A stretch of 61,444 nucleotides of DNA, the filler included, from Chloroflexota bacterium (lineage in GTDB: Bacteria > Chloroflexota > Chloroflexia > QHBQ01), in assembly GCA_043754535.1 (NCBI GenBank). It is 6 parts of 6 records of this genome, joined end to end, with 100 filler letters (N's around TTAATTAATTAA, not from the genome) between each part and the next. Parts side by side here need not be neighbours in the genome. Positions count along the whole stretch, not along the records: positions 1 to 13,390 come from JAYUUN010000053.1; positions 13,491 to 26,792 come from JAYUUN010000055.1; 4 more parts are not named here. One strand, 5' to 3'. Under the pieces are notes generated by a model that was not told the origin of the DNA, ran no database searches, and saw only the letters and a list, made by a program, of their open reading frames with translations. Below, piece after piece: positions 8,342-17,111 of this stretch. Position 1 is the stretch's first letter; each line of letters opens with the position of its first letter. The position numbers and the translations under genes are program-made.

Positions 8342-10297
8342 ATGAGCAGAACTAACGATATGACGATCAAGCTGGGCGGCGAGGCCGGTCAGGGGGTTGA
8401 GTCCAGCGGCGCGGGTTTCCTAAAAGCGATGGTGCGCGGCGGCCTCTACTGCTACGGCCTGCAAGATTACCAGTCGCGCATCCGTGGCGGCCACAACTAC
8501 TACCAGATTCGGGTCAGCAGCAAGCCGCTCTTTAGTTGGAGCAGTGATGTTCATGTGCTGATGGCCTTCGATGACGAATCCCTCTATGCCCACCCCCAGG
8601 AGATCGTTCCTGGTGGCGCGATCATCTTTGACGAGGGGCTTAAGTACGACAAGAGCCGCGTCGAGGCAGGTCACACCAAGATGATGCCGGTGCCACTCTA
8701 CAAGCTGGCTCTGGAGATCGGCGGCGACAAGGTGATGGCGAATACGGTGGCCCTCGGCGTGACCAGTGGCATCACTGGCTACGACTTCGAGAAGATGGCT
8801 GACGTGATCCGCCAGAACTTCCGACGCAAGGGCGAGAAGGTGATCGCCGCCAACCTCGGCGTAGCGGAGGCAGGCTACCGCTATGGGCTAGACAACTTCG
8901 CAGCGGACTTTGAGTTCAAGCTGGAAGCGATCCCCAACGCCCCCAAGCGGATGGCTCTGCACGCTCACCAGGCGTTCTGCATGGGCGCACTGGCCGCAGG
9001 CTGCCGCTTCAATTCGGCCTACCCCATGACCCCCGGCACCAGCGTGATCGAGTGGATGACGGCAAAGGCCAACAAGTTCGACGTGCTAACCAAGCAGACT
9101 GAGGACGAACTATCTGCGATCCTGATGGCTATTGGGGCGGCCCAGGCTGGGATGCGCGCGCTGACCAACACCAGCGGCGGCGGTTTCAGCTTGATGGTCG
9201 AAGCCCTCGGCCTGGCAGGGATGACCGAAATCCCCCTGGTGATCGTAGATGCCCAGCGCGGCGGCCCCTCCACTGGCCTGCCAACCAAGACGGAGCAGAG
9301 CGACCTTGCATTCGTCACCAGCGCAGGGCATGGCGAGTTTCCCCGTGCCGTCCTCGCGCCCGGCTCGGTGCAAGAGGCGTTCGAGGCGGGCTGGCGCGCC
9401 TTCAATCTCGCCGAGAAGTACCAGATGCCCGTGCTAGTCCTCACCGATATGATGCTCTCTACTAGCATCGAGACGCTGGACCTGGAGCAGATCGACTTCA
9501 GCAAGGTGGAGATTGATCGCGGCGACATGGTTAGCAATGCGGAGCTTGATGCACTAGCCGACTCCTGGGCCTACAAGCGGCACGCCGTAACCGATAGTGG
9601 CGTTTCGCCCCGCGCGCTGCCCGGCCACCCAAATAGCGTCTATATCACCACCGGTGACGAACACAGCCCCGATGGCCTGATCACCGAAGACCCGGCTACC
9701 CGCGTCGCCCAGATGGAGAAGCGGATGCGGAAGATGGAGTCGGCCCTCGCCACCACCATCAAGCCGCTGCTCTATGGGCCAGCGGAAGCCGACGTGACCG
9801 TGATCGGCTGGGGCAGCACCTACGGCGCGATCCGCCAGGCAGTAGACGCGATGAACACGGCAGGCGAGAGTGTCAACTTCCTGCACTACGTCGACGTGTG
9901 GCCCTTCCCAGTGCAGGAGACCGAAGAAGCGTTCGCCAAGATGAAGTTCAGCATCTGCATTGAGCAAAACTTCACCGGTCAGTTCGCCCGCCTGCTACGC
10001 GCCGAAACCGGCCTGCGCGCCAATGCCCAGGTCTTGCGCTACGACGGCCACCCCTACACCGAAGAAGATGCAGTGGCCTTCATTCGTCGAGCCGTGGCCG
10101 AGAAGGACAAGCCGTACAATGTGATCCGCTACCAGGTGCCAGTCAACAGCGGCAACCGCCAGGGCTATGCCCCCAGCAACGGCCACAGCAACGGCGCGCA
10201 CAGCAGCGGCACCAGCCAGGGCCAAATCAATAACAACAACCTGAGTACCAACAGCACCGCCAGTCTCTACGATCTGAAGGAGGAGGTGAAGGCATGA
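8342..10297 (+). CDS. korA: 2-oxoacid:ferredoxin oxidoreductase alpha(+gamma) subunit
   Basis: GGEAGQG, YQSRIRGGHN, YPMTP, QRGGPSTGLPT. Confidence 0.93.
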   Translation: MSRTNDMTIKLGGEAGQGVESSGAGFLKAMVRGGLYCYGLQDYQSRIRGGHNYYQIRVSSKPLFSWSSDVHVLMAFDDESLYAHPQEIVPGGAIIFDEGLKYDKSRVEAGHTKMMPVPLYKLALEIGGDKVMANTVALGVTSGITGYDFEKMADVIRQNFRRKGEKVIAANLGVAEAGYRYGLDNFAADFEFKLEAIPNAPKRMALHAHQAFCMGALAAGCRFNSAYPMTPGTSVIEWMTAKANKFDVLTKQTEDELSAILMAIGAAQAGMRALTNTSGGGFSLMVEALGLAGMTEIPLVIVDAQRGGPSTGLPTKTEQSDLAFVTSAGHGEFPRAVLAPGSVQEAFEAGWRAFNLAEKYQMPVLVLTDMMLSTSIETLDLEQIDFSKVEIDRGDMVSNAELDALADSWAYKRHAVTDSGVSPRALPGHPNSVYITTGDEHSPDGLITEDPATRVAQMEKRMRKMESALATTIKPLLYGPAEADVTVIGWGSTYGAIRQAVDAMNTAGESVNFLHYVDVWPFPVQETEEAFAKMKFSICIEQNFTGQFARLLRAETGLRANAQVLRYDGHPYTEEDAVAFIRRAVAEKDKPYNVIRYQVPVNSGNRQGYAPSNGHSNGAHSSGTSQGQINNNNLSTNSTASLYDLKEEVKA

Positions 10298-11220
10298 CCG
10301 ACACAGCAATCCGTCCCGATAGCAGTGGTCTAACCTTGATGACCAAGGTGGACATGAAAACGTTCCAGACGACCGAAAAGAGTACCTGGTGTGCTGGTTG
10401 CGGCGACTTCGGTATCCTCGCCTCGATCAAGCAAGCCCTCGTTGGCCTCAATCTCGCACCGCACCAGGTGATGTTCTTCAGCGGTATTGGTTGCGGCTCC
10501 AAGCTGCCGCACTATATGCACGTCAGCGCGCTGAACACGATCCATGGGCGCGCCCTGCCTGTCGCTACCGGCTTCAAGCTGGCTAACCACAACATGAAGG
10601 TGGTTGCGATCACTGGCGACGGCGACGGCTACGGTATCGGCATGGGCCACCTCGCCCACACCATGCGCCGCAACCCCGATATTACCCACATCGTCGAGAA
10701 CAACCAGGTGTATGGCCTGACAAAGGGCCAGTATTCGCCGACTAGTGGGCATGGCTACATCAGCACGACCTCGCCAGAGGGCAGCATCGAAGTTTCGGTC
10801 AACCCCCTCGCGCTGGGTATGGCGATGGGAGCCAGCTTCCTCGCCCGCAGCTTCAGCAGCGACCCCAAGCACCTCGCCAGCATGATCATGAAGGCAATGA
10901 CCCACAAGGGCTATGCGCTGGTGGACGTGCTGCAACCCTGCGTCACCTACAACCACGTCAACACCAACGAGTGGTACAAGAGCCGCGTCTACAAGGTCGA
11001 AGACCTGCCCAACTATGACCCAACCAACCGCCAGATGGCCTATGAGCGGGCGCAGGAGTGGGGCGACCGCATCCCAATGGGCGTAATCTACGCCGACACT
11101 GACCGCCCCACCTACGAGGATCAGGTTCCCTTGCTGCAAAGGGGTACCCTGCTTGAACTCTCTGAGAAGGCGATGCGTAAGGACTACGACTACGAGAGCC
11201 TGAAGAACGAGTATATGTAA
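10294..11220 (+). CDS. korB: 2-oxoacid:ferredoxin oxidoreductase beta subunit
   Basis: WCAGCG, SGIGC, HGRALP, GDGD, YGLTKGQ; ATGA overlap with korA. Confidence 0.93.
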   Translation: MTDTAIRPDSSGLTLMTKVDMKTFQTTEKSTWCAGCGDFGILASIKQALVGLNLAPHQVMFFSGIGCGSKLPHYMHVSALNTIHGRALPVATGFKLANHNMKVVAITGDGDGYGIGMGHLAHTMRRNPDITHIVENNQVYGLTKGQYSPTSGHGYISTTSPEGSIEVSVNPLALGMAMGASFLARSFSSDPKHLASMIMKAMTHKGYALVDVLQPCVTYNHVNTNEWYKSRVYKVEDLPNYDPTNRQMAYERAQEWGDRIPMGVIYADTDRPTYEDQVPLLQRGTLLELSEKAMRKDYDYESLKNEYM

Positions 11221-11243
11221 GCCGCATCGCTACAGCGTGGACG

Positions 11244-11270
11244 AGGGCGCACCACGGTGCGCCCTTGTTT
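11244..11270 (+). terminator. Hairpin terminator between convergent korB and the kinase gene
   Basis: AGGGCGCACC-ac-GGTGCGCCCT followed by TGTTT. Confidence 0.6.
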
Positions 11271-11293
11271 GTCGGTGCTGGAAGTGACTGGCT

Positions 11294-12241
11294 CTAGCGC
11301 GCCCCCAGCATCGCCACCACTTTTGCCCCCAGCGCATTGGCTGCTGCACCAGCCGCCAGTGGGTCGCCCGTTAGCAGGTACTCGCAGAGGAAGGCAGCAG
11401 CGAACGAGTCGCCCGCTCCAGTCACGTCCAGCACGGGGGTGGGAGTGGCGGGCAGATGTTGGCGCAGACCAGCAGCCGTACTGACCAAACAGCCCTCGCT
11501 GCCCAGCTTGAGGACGACCAGGGGAGCGTATTGGTGCAGGGAGGCGGCGACGGCGAGCGGCTCTGTCTCGCCGGTAAGTGTGCGTCCCTCGTCGAGAGTG
11601 GGGATCAGCAAGTCGGGTAGCACTACGCGCAGTAGACGGTCGAACTCGCCACCCATCGCCACGATCTGGCTGGCCGAGGAGGGATCGAGGCAGACCAATG
11701 CGCCCTGCTGGTGGGCGATCTCGCAGGCACGCAGGGCCGCTGGGCGGGGAGGGTCGCTAAAGAGCGAGTAGGAGGTCAGGTGGAAGGCGCGCAGATCGAC
11801 GATGGAACCCAGGCACTGCTCCACCTCAACCACACTGATTTGGCGGCCTGCGCCGGGGTCGCTGATCATCAACCGCTGGCCGCTGCTGCTACTAACTACC
11901 AATACGGTGCCGGTGGGTAGCGAACTGCCGTCGTGCGAAGCGTTGACGCAGGCGTTGACCCCCTCGCGCTGCAAGCCTTCGATCAGGGCGGGGCCGCTAA
12001 TGTCCAGCCCCACTTTGCCGATGAAGCTGATCTGCCCACGTGCGCCGAGGGTGCGAGCGGCCCAGACCGCAAAGTTGGCCGCCGAGCCGCCCGGCACATG
12101 GCGCACCCGCCCTACCGTCTCGCCCTCCACGCGCAGGTTGGAGTAGTCGGTAAGCACCAAAATGTCCATCACCATGTCGCCCATAGTGGCAATCTGGAGC
12201 GGTGGATTGAGCGGCTGCTCCTTTATCAACCCTTGCCTCAA
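11294..12241 (-). CDS. PfkB-family kinase, probable pseudouridine kinase
   Basis: GGSAANFA, DVTGAGDSFAA; overlaps the psuG stop. Confidence 0.85.
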   Translation of the reverse strand: MRQGLIKEQPLNPPLQIATMGDMVMDILVLTDYSNLRVEGETVGRVRHVPGGSAANFAVWAARTLGARGQISFIGKVGLDISGPALIEGLQREGVNACVNASHDGSSLPTGTVLVVSSSSGQRLMISDPGAGRQISVVEVEQCLGSIVDLRAFHLTSYSLFSDPPRPAALRACEIAHQQGALVCLDPSSASQIVAMGGEFDRLLRVVLPDLLIPTLDEGRTLTGETEPLAVAASLHQYAPLVVLKLGSEGCLVSTAAGLRQHLPATPTPVLDVTGAGDSFAAAFLCEYLLTGDPLAAGAAANALGAKVVAMLGAR

Positions 12242-13146
12242 CGGTAGAGTTCGACGGCCACTGCCGCCGCCACCGCTGCGTTGTTGCGGAGCAAGGCAAC
12301 GTTGGTGGTCATGCTGCGCCCTGCCGTTGCCTCGCGCATGGCATCAAGCAGATAGGGGGTAACCTCGCGCCCCTGCATGCCTGCCGCTCTGCTCTGGCTG
12401 AGGGCATGGCTGATCGCCGCCCTAATCTCGTCTGCGGGGATCGCCACATTGGCAGGTGGTGGCACAGTCAGCAGCACCGCACTGGGCAAACCGGCTCCCC
12501 AGTGGGCGCGGGCGACAGCAACCACTTCCGCTACGCTCTCCACTCGCAGGTCAACTGGCAGGCCGCTCTCCCGGCTGTAGAAGGCGGGTAGCTCGTCGGT
12601 TTGCCAGCCGAGGACGGGTATGCCCGCCGTCTCCAGCCACTCGCGGGTGGCAGGCAGGTCAAGGATCGCCTTTGCCCCAGAGCAGACGACCAGCATGGGG
12701 GTGCGCGCCAGCATGGGCAGGTCGGCGGAGATATCGAAGCTGCTACTAGCTCCACGATGCACGCCGCCAATGCCACCAGTGGCGAACACGCGGAGGCCCA
12801 CCTGCTGGGCTAGCAGTATTGTGCCAGCCACCGTCGTGCCGCCATAAGGGGCGCGCAGGCCCGCGAGCATCACGCCCACATCACGGGGACTCACCTTGGT
12901 CTTGGCCTCGGTGTGGGCAAGGGCGGCCAGTTCGTCGCCACTGAGACCCACCCGCGCCTCGTGGTTGATGAAGGCGACAGTGCCGGGGGTTGCGCCACCA
13001 GCCCGCACCTCCCCTTCAAGGGCAAGGGCGCATTCGAGGTTGATGGGCGACGGTAGACCGTGGGTGATCACCGCCGACTCCAGAGCCACAATCGGCCCAC
13101 CGCTTTCGAGGGCAGCAGCTACTTCTCTACTAATGATTAGCTTCAT
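12238..13146 (-). CDS. psuG: Pseudouridine-5'-phosphate glycosidase
   Basis: VALESAVITHG, GTTVAGT, ATGGIGGVHRG, DISADL, GAKAILD. Confidence 0.95.
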   Translation of the reverse strand: MKLIISREVAAALESGGPIVALESAVITHGLPSPINLECALALEGEVRAGGATPGTVAFINHEARVGLSGDELAALAHTEAKTKVSPRDVGVMLAGLRAPYGGTTVAGTILLAQQVGLRVFATGGIGGVHRGASSSFDISADLPMLARTPMLVVCSGAKAILDLPATREWLETAGIPVLGWQTDELPAFYSRESGLPVDLRVESVAEVVAVARAHWGAGLPSAVLLTVPPPANVAIPADEIRAAISHALSQSRAAGMQGREVTPYLLDAMREATAGRSMTTNVALLRNNAAVAAAVAVELYR

Positions 13147-13252
13147 GACCTCGATTATACCACATCTGGCTGGCCTACAGGGGCGGCTGCGCTGTGCTAT
13201 AATGTCGCCATGCCAGCATCACGATCTTGGTCAAGCAAGTAAAGGGGGCGCG

Positions 13253-13390
13253 GTGAAGGGCAAGCAGCTACTCTTTGTACATGGCAGCGGAGGGAACGCC
13301 GACTCCTGGTACTACCAGACGCATGGGCTGGCAGGTAGCGACGCACTAACCCTGCCCGGCCACGCGCACGGCAACCCTGCCTGGCAGTCG
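13253..13390 (+). CDS. Alpha/beta hydrolase N-terminus, truncated by the contig end
   Basis: LLFVHGSGG...W...LPGH. Confidence 0.7.
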
Positions 13391-13490
13391 NNNNNNNNNN
13401 NNNNNNNNNNNNNNNNNNNNNNNNNNNNNNNNNNTTAATTAATTAANNNNNNNNNNNNNNNNNNNNNNNNNNNNNNNNNNNNNNNNNNNN
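13391..13490. other. Artificial contig spacer
   Basis: N-run/TTAATTAATTAA (stops in six frames)/N-run; the same spacer recurs at 26793-26892, 39845-39944, 52882-52981 and 57193-57292. Confidence 0.98.
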
Positions 13491-14041
13491 ACGATGCCGA
13501 GGTCAACCCCTACCACATCAGCGGTAACGTTGATGTTGGGCGTGGGTACGTCAACCACGACGTGCAGCCGAAACGATCCTTTACGGTAGATAAGATCGGC
13601 ACTGGCAACCTTGCCCAGGGTGTACTTGGCTACGTGCTTCGGTACAGCGAAGGCAAGCTCCACCCGCCCGGCGACGGTGGCGAGACTGCAAGTCAGCCTG
13701 TCCCATTTAACCCAGTAGCTACGCACATCGTAACGGATCGGGCAGAGGGTAGCACGCGGCTGGCTGGTACGACGGCCCTTGCGCTGGTGGGTGAGGGCAG
13801 ACTTGACGGCCTCGGTTGCCTTCATCCGCGCGGAGACCACCAGCTGGCTGGGCAGTTCGGGGTGGGCAGCCCGCAGTGGGTAGTAGGTGCGCTTGTGCAG
13901 TTCCACGCCGTTGAAGATACCAGCCTTGTACCCTTGTTCAGCCACGACGTTAAAGCAAGCAGTGGCGGCTACCATTGTCTGCAACATGACCGCAGCCTGC
14001 TGTGGGGTGGGGTTGAGGTTAAGCACAATCGTTCTATCCAT
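13491..14041 (-). CDS. tnpB: RNA-guided endonuclease TnpB, N-terminal part (3' truncated)
   Basis: MDRTIVLNLNPTPQQ HTH-like start, LPSQLV, ends at RuvC-I VVGVDLGI with Asp intact. Confidence 0.9.
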
Positions 14042-14047
14042 GCAAGA

Positions 14048-14076
14048 AATATATCATATACAACGAACTATGTCAA
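14048..14076 (-). promoter_or_regulatory. tnpB promoter, leaderless configuration
   Basis: TTGACA-17-TATATT with extended TGn; ATG 6 nt downstream, no SD. Confidence 0.7.
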
Positions 14077-14182
14077 GCAGTTTAGTCTCAACGCGGCGCA
14101 AGGAAACGCCCTGTTGAGAGACTTAGGAGGGCGCGGTTTCCTCCCCGTGCGTAAACGCAGGGGTATCCACCGCGCAATTGCG

Positions 14183-14893
14183 ATGAACAGAACCACTAAG
14201 GTTGCCGCCACAGGGCTGGTACTGGCAGCTCTACTAACCCTCAGCACGGCGCAGGCTAGTAGTGGCCGACTGCGGTTGGTGGTACGCGCCCCCGACGGTA
14301 CTGGTATCGTGGGGCTAGTGGTGCGGTTGGTGCAGGACGACCCCGGCAGCCCCGCTGCGTTGGTTGCTAGCGGGCGCACTGGCCCGGACGGTATCCTCGA
14401 CCTGGCTGCTGCCACTATACCTGTTGGCTTCTACGCCATCCGCCTTGCCCCTGGTACTTCGCGCCACCACGTTGAGAGCGATCTCGAACAGGCAGCAAAC
14501 GTACCGCTGCTCACCTGGTACGTAACCAGGATGCACGACGAGTGGCTAATGCTGATCCTCTACCCGGACGGGCGGATCAGCCCAGATTACAGCTACAACC
14601 TGGCTGCCCGCCCAGTACCAGCCCCAGCAGTCGCCGCCCAGCCATCACCGCTTAGCTGGGCAGCGGCAGTAGCAAAGCGAGACGCTGTCGATCAGGCCGC
14701 CGCCTCTACCAGAGTACCAACCCAGGGTCGGTTCGTCCAGGCGACCAGGTTGACCCAGCCAGCCATCAGCAGCGGGCAGCCGCCCCCGTCCGCAACGCAG
14801 GACGACCCTACGGGCCGTTGGTTGCTAACCAGTGGGTTGGTCATTGTGTTGGGCTGGTGGTTGATCAAGCACATTGGCACAAGGAGAAAATGA
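14183..14893 (+). CDS. Secreted protein with beta-sandwich-like domain, Pro/Ala-rich linker and C-terminal TM anchor
   Basis: Signal peptide MNRTTKVAATGLVLAALLTLSTAQA; SGRTGPDG..GFY; C-terminal hydrophobic stretch plus TRRK. The longer track ORF extends into IS sequence. Confidence 0.7.
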   Translation: MNRTTKVAATGLVLAALLTLSTAQASSGRLRLVVRAPDGTGIVGLVVRLVQDDPGSPAALVASGRTGPDGILDLAAATIPVGFYAIRLAPGTSRHHVESDLEQAANVPLLTWYVTRMHDEWLMLILYPDGRISPDYSYNLAARPVPAPAVAAQPSPLSWAAAVAKRDAVDQAAASTRVPTQGRFVQATRLTQPAISSGQPPPSATQDDPTGRWLLTSGLVIVLGWWLIKHIGTRRK

Positions 14894-15447
14894 TGTTTAA
14901 GCAACAGATACTTAAACCTTGTCTTGACGAAATGCGGGGTTTGTGGGAGGCCGGTCGCTGTCAACTGAAGGCGCACGCCACAAACCTACGCCTTCACCCA
15001 GTGCTAAGTGGCCTCGCCTGGCTGGCTCTAGCTCTCACTGCCCTCGGAGTGCTGCTGCCACGTGGCAGCTATCTCGGTCACGTTAATCTGCCAGGCTGGG
15101 CGGTAGCGGGTCTTGCTCTAGCAGCCGGTTGCTACAGTCTCACCATGCTGGTGCTATTGTTCCCTGCCTTCAACACCTGGCTGCGCTGGCAGTTGATGAC
15201 CAGCGAGCATGAGCAGCTGCACGCAGCGATGCCGCAGTTGAGCAAGGTAGAACACAGGGTGGTGAGAACCAAAGCCAACCAGGTATTGATGCGGCGGGTG
15301 CTGCTATTCTCATCAGTAATAACTGCTTTGCTGCTCCTCAGCTACCTGGGCCTGTTTACCATGCTGCTACCAATGGTGTTCACTCTGGGCGGCCCACTGA
15401 TCCTCTATTGGCTACGGTGTTCACCTACCACCATGAAGGAGGGTTGA
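14890..15447 (+). CDS. Hypothetical membrane protein (about 4 TM)
   Basis: AAGGAG RBS, ATGA overlap with the upstream gene, four hydrophobic segments. Confidence 0.7.
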   Translation: MMFKQQILKPCLDEMRGLWEAGRCQLKAHATNLRLHPVLSGLAWLALALTALGVLLPRGSYLGHVNLPGWAVAGLALAAGCYSLTMLVLLFPAFNTWLRWQLMTSEHEQLHAAMPQLSKVEHRVVRTKANQVLMRRVLLFSSVITALLLLSYLGLFTMLLPMVFTLGGPLILYWLRCSPTTMKEG

Positions 15448-15449
15448 AT

Positions 15450-17045
15450 ATGCGCTACCGCAATTTGCTGGCCCTGCTGATCGTCGCTCTCACTTTGCTA
15501 GGGCTGGTCGTAGCCGTACCTGCTGATGCTAGGTTGCCAGCTACTGTTCTGACGACCGCGCCGGAGCCATTGCCTGACCTTGCCTGGTCAACCCCGCTGC
15601 CAGTCGGCCCCTCAAACCCTCATTGGATTCTCTGGCCGAAGATCGTAGCCGAGCGTGATGCGTCTCTCTCCATCGTGGATCAATGGGGCTATCTCGATAC
15701 GGTCTACTACCAGCACTCCATAGCTGCCAGTGGGTACTTGAGTTGGACGGCACAGGCAGCGGGGGGCTACCCCCAGTACCCCGACAGTGCAGGCAACATT
15801 CAGGCGGTGGCGACTGATGACGGCAAGCTGCATATGCTTTGGTACACCGCCTACGGCTGGCCCTATTACAGCCTCAACTACCGGCAACGGGCGGTAGGCG
15901 GGCAGTTGTTGCCGATAGTCGAAGTGCCGGGGTCGCAGAGCGAGCGGATGAAGATCGACGCGCTGGCCGCACAGAACAACACCGCTTACATCTTGGCTGG
16001 ACACAGCGGTACCAGTCTCTACCTCTATGCCCTCACCAATGGGGAGTGGAGTTGGCAGGTGCAACTACCCTTGACTAGCACCTCGCAACCGAACCCCTCT
16101 TGGCTGCCCGCCCTTGCCATCGTGCAGGGTGCGCCGCACGTGCTATGGGGCGACTATCGCCTGGGTCGCTACGTACTAGCCGATGCCTACCCCGCCAGTG
16201 GGGCGCGGGACAACATCTGGGTGACACACTTCTTCACCGAGACCAACAGCCAGGGTCAACCGATGAACAACGATCAACAGTATCGGGTCGCCGCCCTCGG
16301 CCTGCGCGAAGGCGGCATGGCCGCCGCCTTCGAGTGCCGAGTAAGCGACGCGGGCAAAGATATGTGCTACCGCGAGTGGAACCCTGGCAAATACGGTACA
16401 ACGATGGGCGGCTGGATGACGACCACGATCCAGTTCAACAGCCCTGCCCCCGACAACGTGGCTCCGGCTCTCTGCCAAGACAGTTACGGCCAACGCTATC
16501 TGTTCTGGATGTACGACTGGTCATCTGCCCAAAACCCCCGTGCCGAAGATGAAGTGGCGGCACAGATGACTGCCGACGCGAGGAACACCGCCGTAGCCAG
16601 GGAGCAGACGCGGGTAGCCGGGCAGGGAGGACCGGTGGCGACCCGGTTCGCCGAGGAAGCGGCGACGCAGGCCGCTGCCGTGCCGACTGCAAACGCTACT
16701 GCCACGGTGATCGCCGGGCAAGGTCGCAGGCGGGGACTGATGGTGGTCTACAGCTACTCGTCGGATGGTCAGCACTGGACGGCTCCGCAGTACGTATGGG
16801 GCGGCGACCACTTCAGGGAGAAGCACCCGACCTGCGCGGTCGCCCCCGCCCCTCAGCAGTACCAGCCGCCAGCTGGTAGTGGGCAGCCGGTGGTGGAGTG
16901 GCTGCATACGGCCTGGTCAGACCACATCACCTCGACCCTCGGTGACGATGGGCGGGGGCCGCTGATGCAGCTTTACTATCAGCACCGCCCCCGGCCCCCG
17001 CTCTATCCGCAAAGGATGGCGACGGCAACACCCTTAATGCCCTAA
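15450..17045 (+). CDS. Secreted protein, probable BNR/sialidase-like beta-propeller
   Basis: Signal peptide MRYRNLLALLIVALTLLGLVVAVPADA; DGKLHMLW, PHVLW, Asp-box-like YSYSSDGQHWT; AGGAGG RBS. Confidence 0.65.
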   Translation: MRYRNLLALLIVALTLLGLVVAVPADARLPATVLTTAPEPLPDLAWSTPLPVGPSNPHWILWPKIVAERDASLSIVDQWGYLDTVYYQHSIAASGYLSWTAQAAGGYPQYPDSAGNIQAVATDDGKLHMLWYTAYGWPYYSLNYRQRAVGGQLLPIVEVPGSQSERMKIDALAAQNNTAYILAGHSGTSLYLYALTNGEWSWQVQLPLTSTSQPNPSWLPALAIVQGAPHVLWGDYRLGRYVLADAYPASGARDNIWVTHFFTETNSQGQPMNNDQQYRVAALGLREGGMAAAFECRVSDAGKDMCYREWNPGKYGTTMGGWMTTTIQFNSPAPDNVAPALCQDSYGQRYLFWMYDWSSAQNPRAEDEVAAQMTADARNTAVAREQTRVAGQGGPVATRFAEEAATQAAAVPTANATATVIAGQGRRRGLMVVYSYSSDGQHWTAPQYVWGGDHFREKHPTCAVAPAPQQYQPPAGSGQPVVEWLHTAWSDHITSTLGDDGRGPLMQLYYQHRPRPPLYPQRMATATPLMP

Positions 17046-17111
17046 AGTCAACCCACCTGTCGGCTACTGCCCAATGTATTTATCAGCCCAACACACTTAA
17101 GGAGAACATCC

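Larger units (their letters stand above)
13491..14182 (-). mobile_element. IS200/IS605-family element (IS1341-like, no tnpA): left end plus tnpB
   Basis: Subterminal hairpin GCGCGGTTTCCTCCCCGTGCGTAAACGCAGGGGTATCCACCGCGC (14131-14175), flanked by (T)TCAT on the tnpB strand; no room for tnpA between tnpB and the hairpin. Confidence 0.75.

Noticed and set aside
13391..13490. Repeated TTAATTAATTAA motifs in N runs
   Set aside because: Artificial linkers. Contig lengths decrease along the window, so cross-gap adjacency carries no biological meaning.
13562..14182. N-terminal 207 aa of the 443-aa track ORF
   Set aside because: Antisense to tnpB and the IS end; the signal peptide begins at ATG 14183
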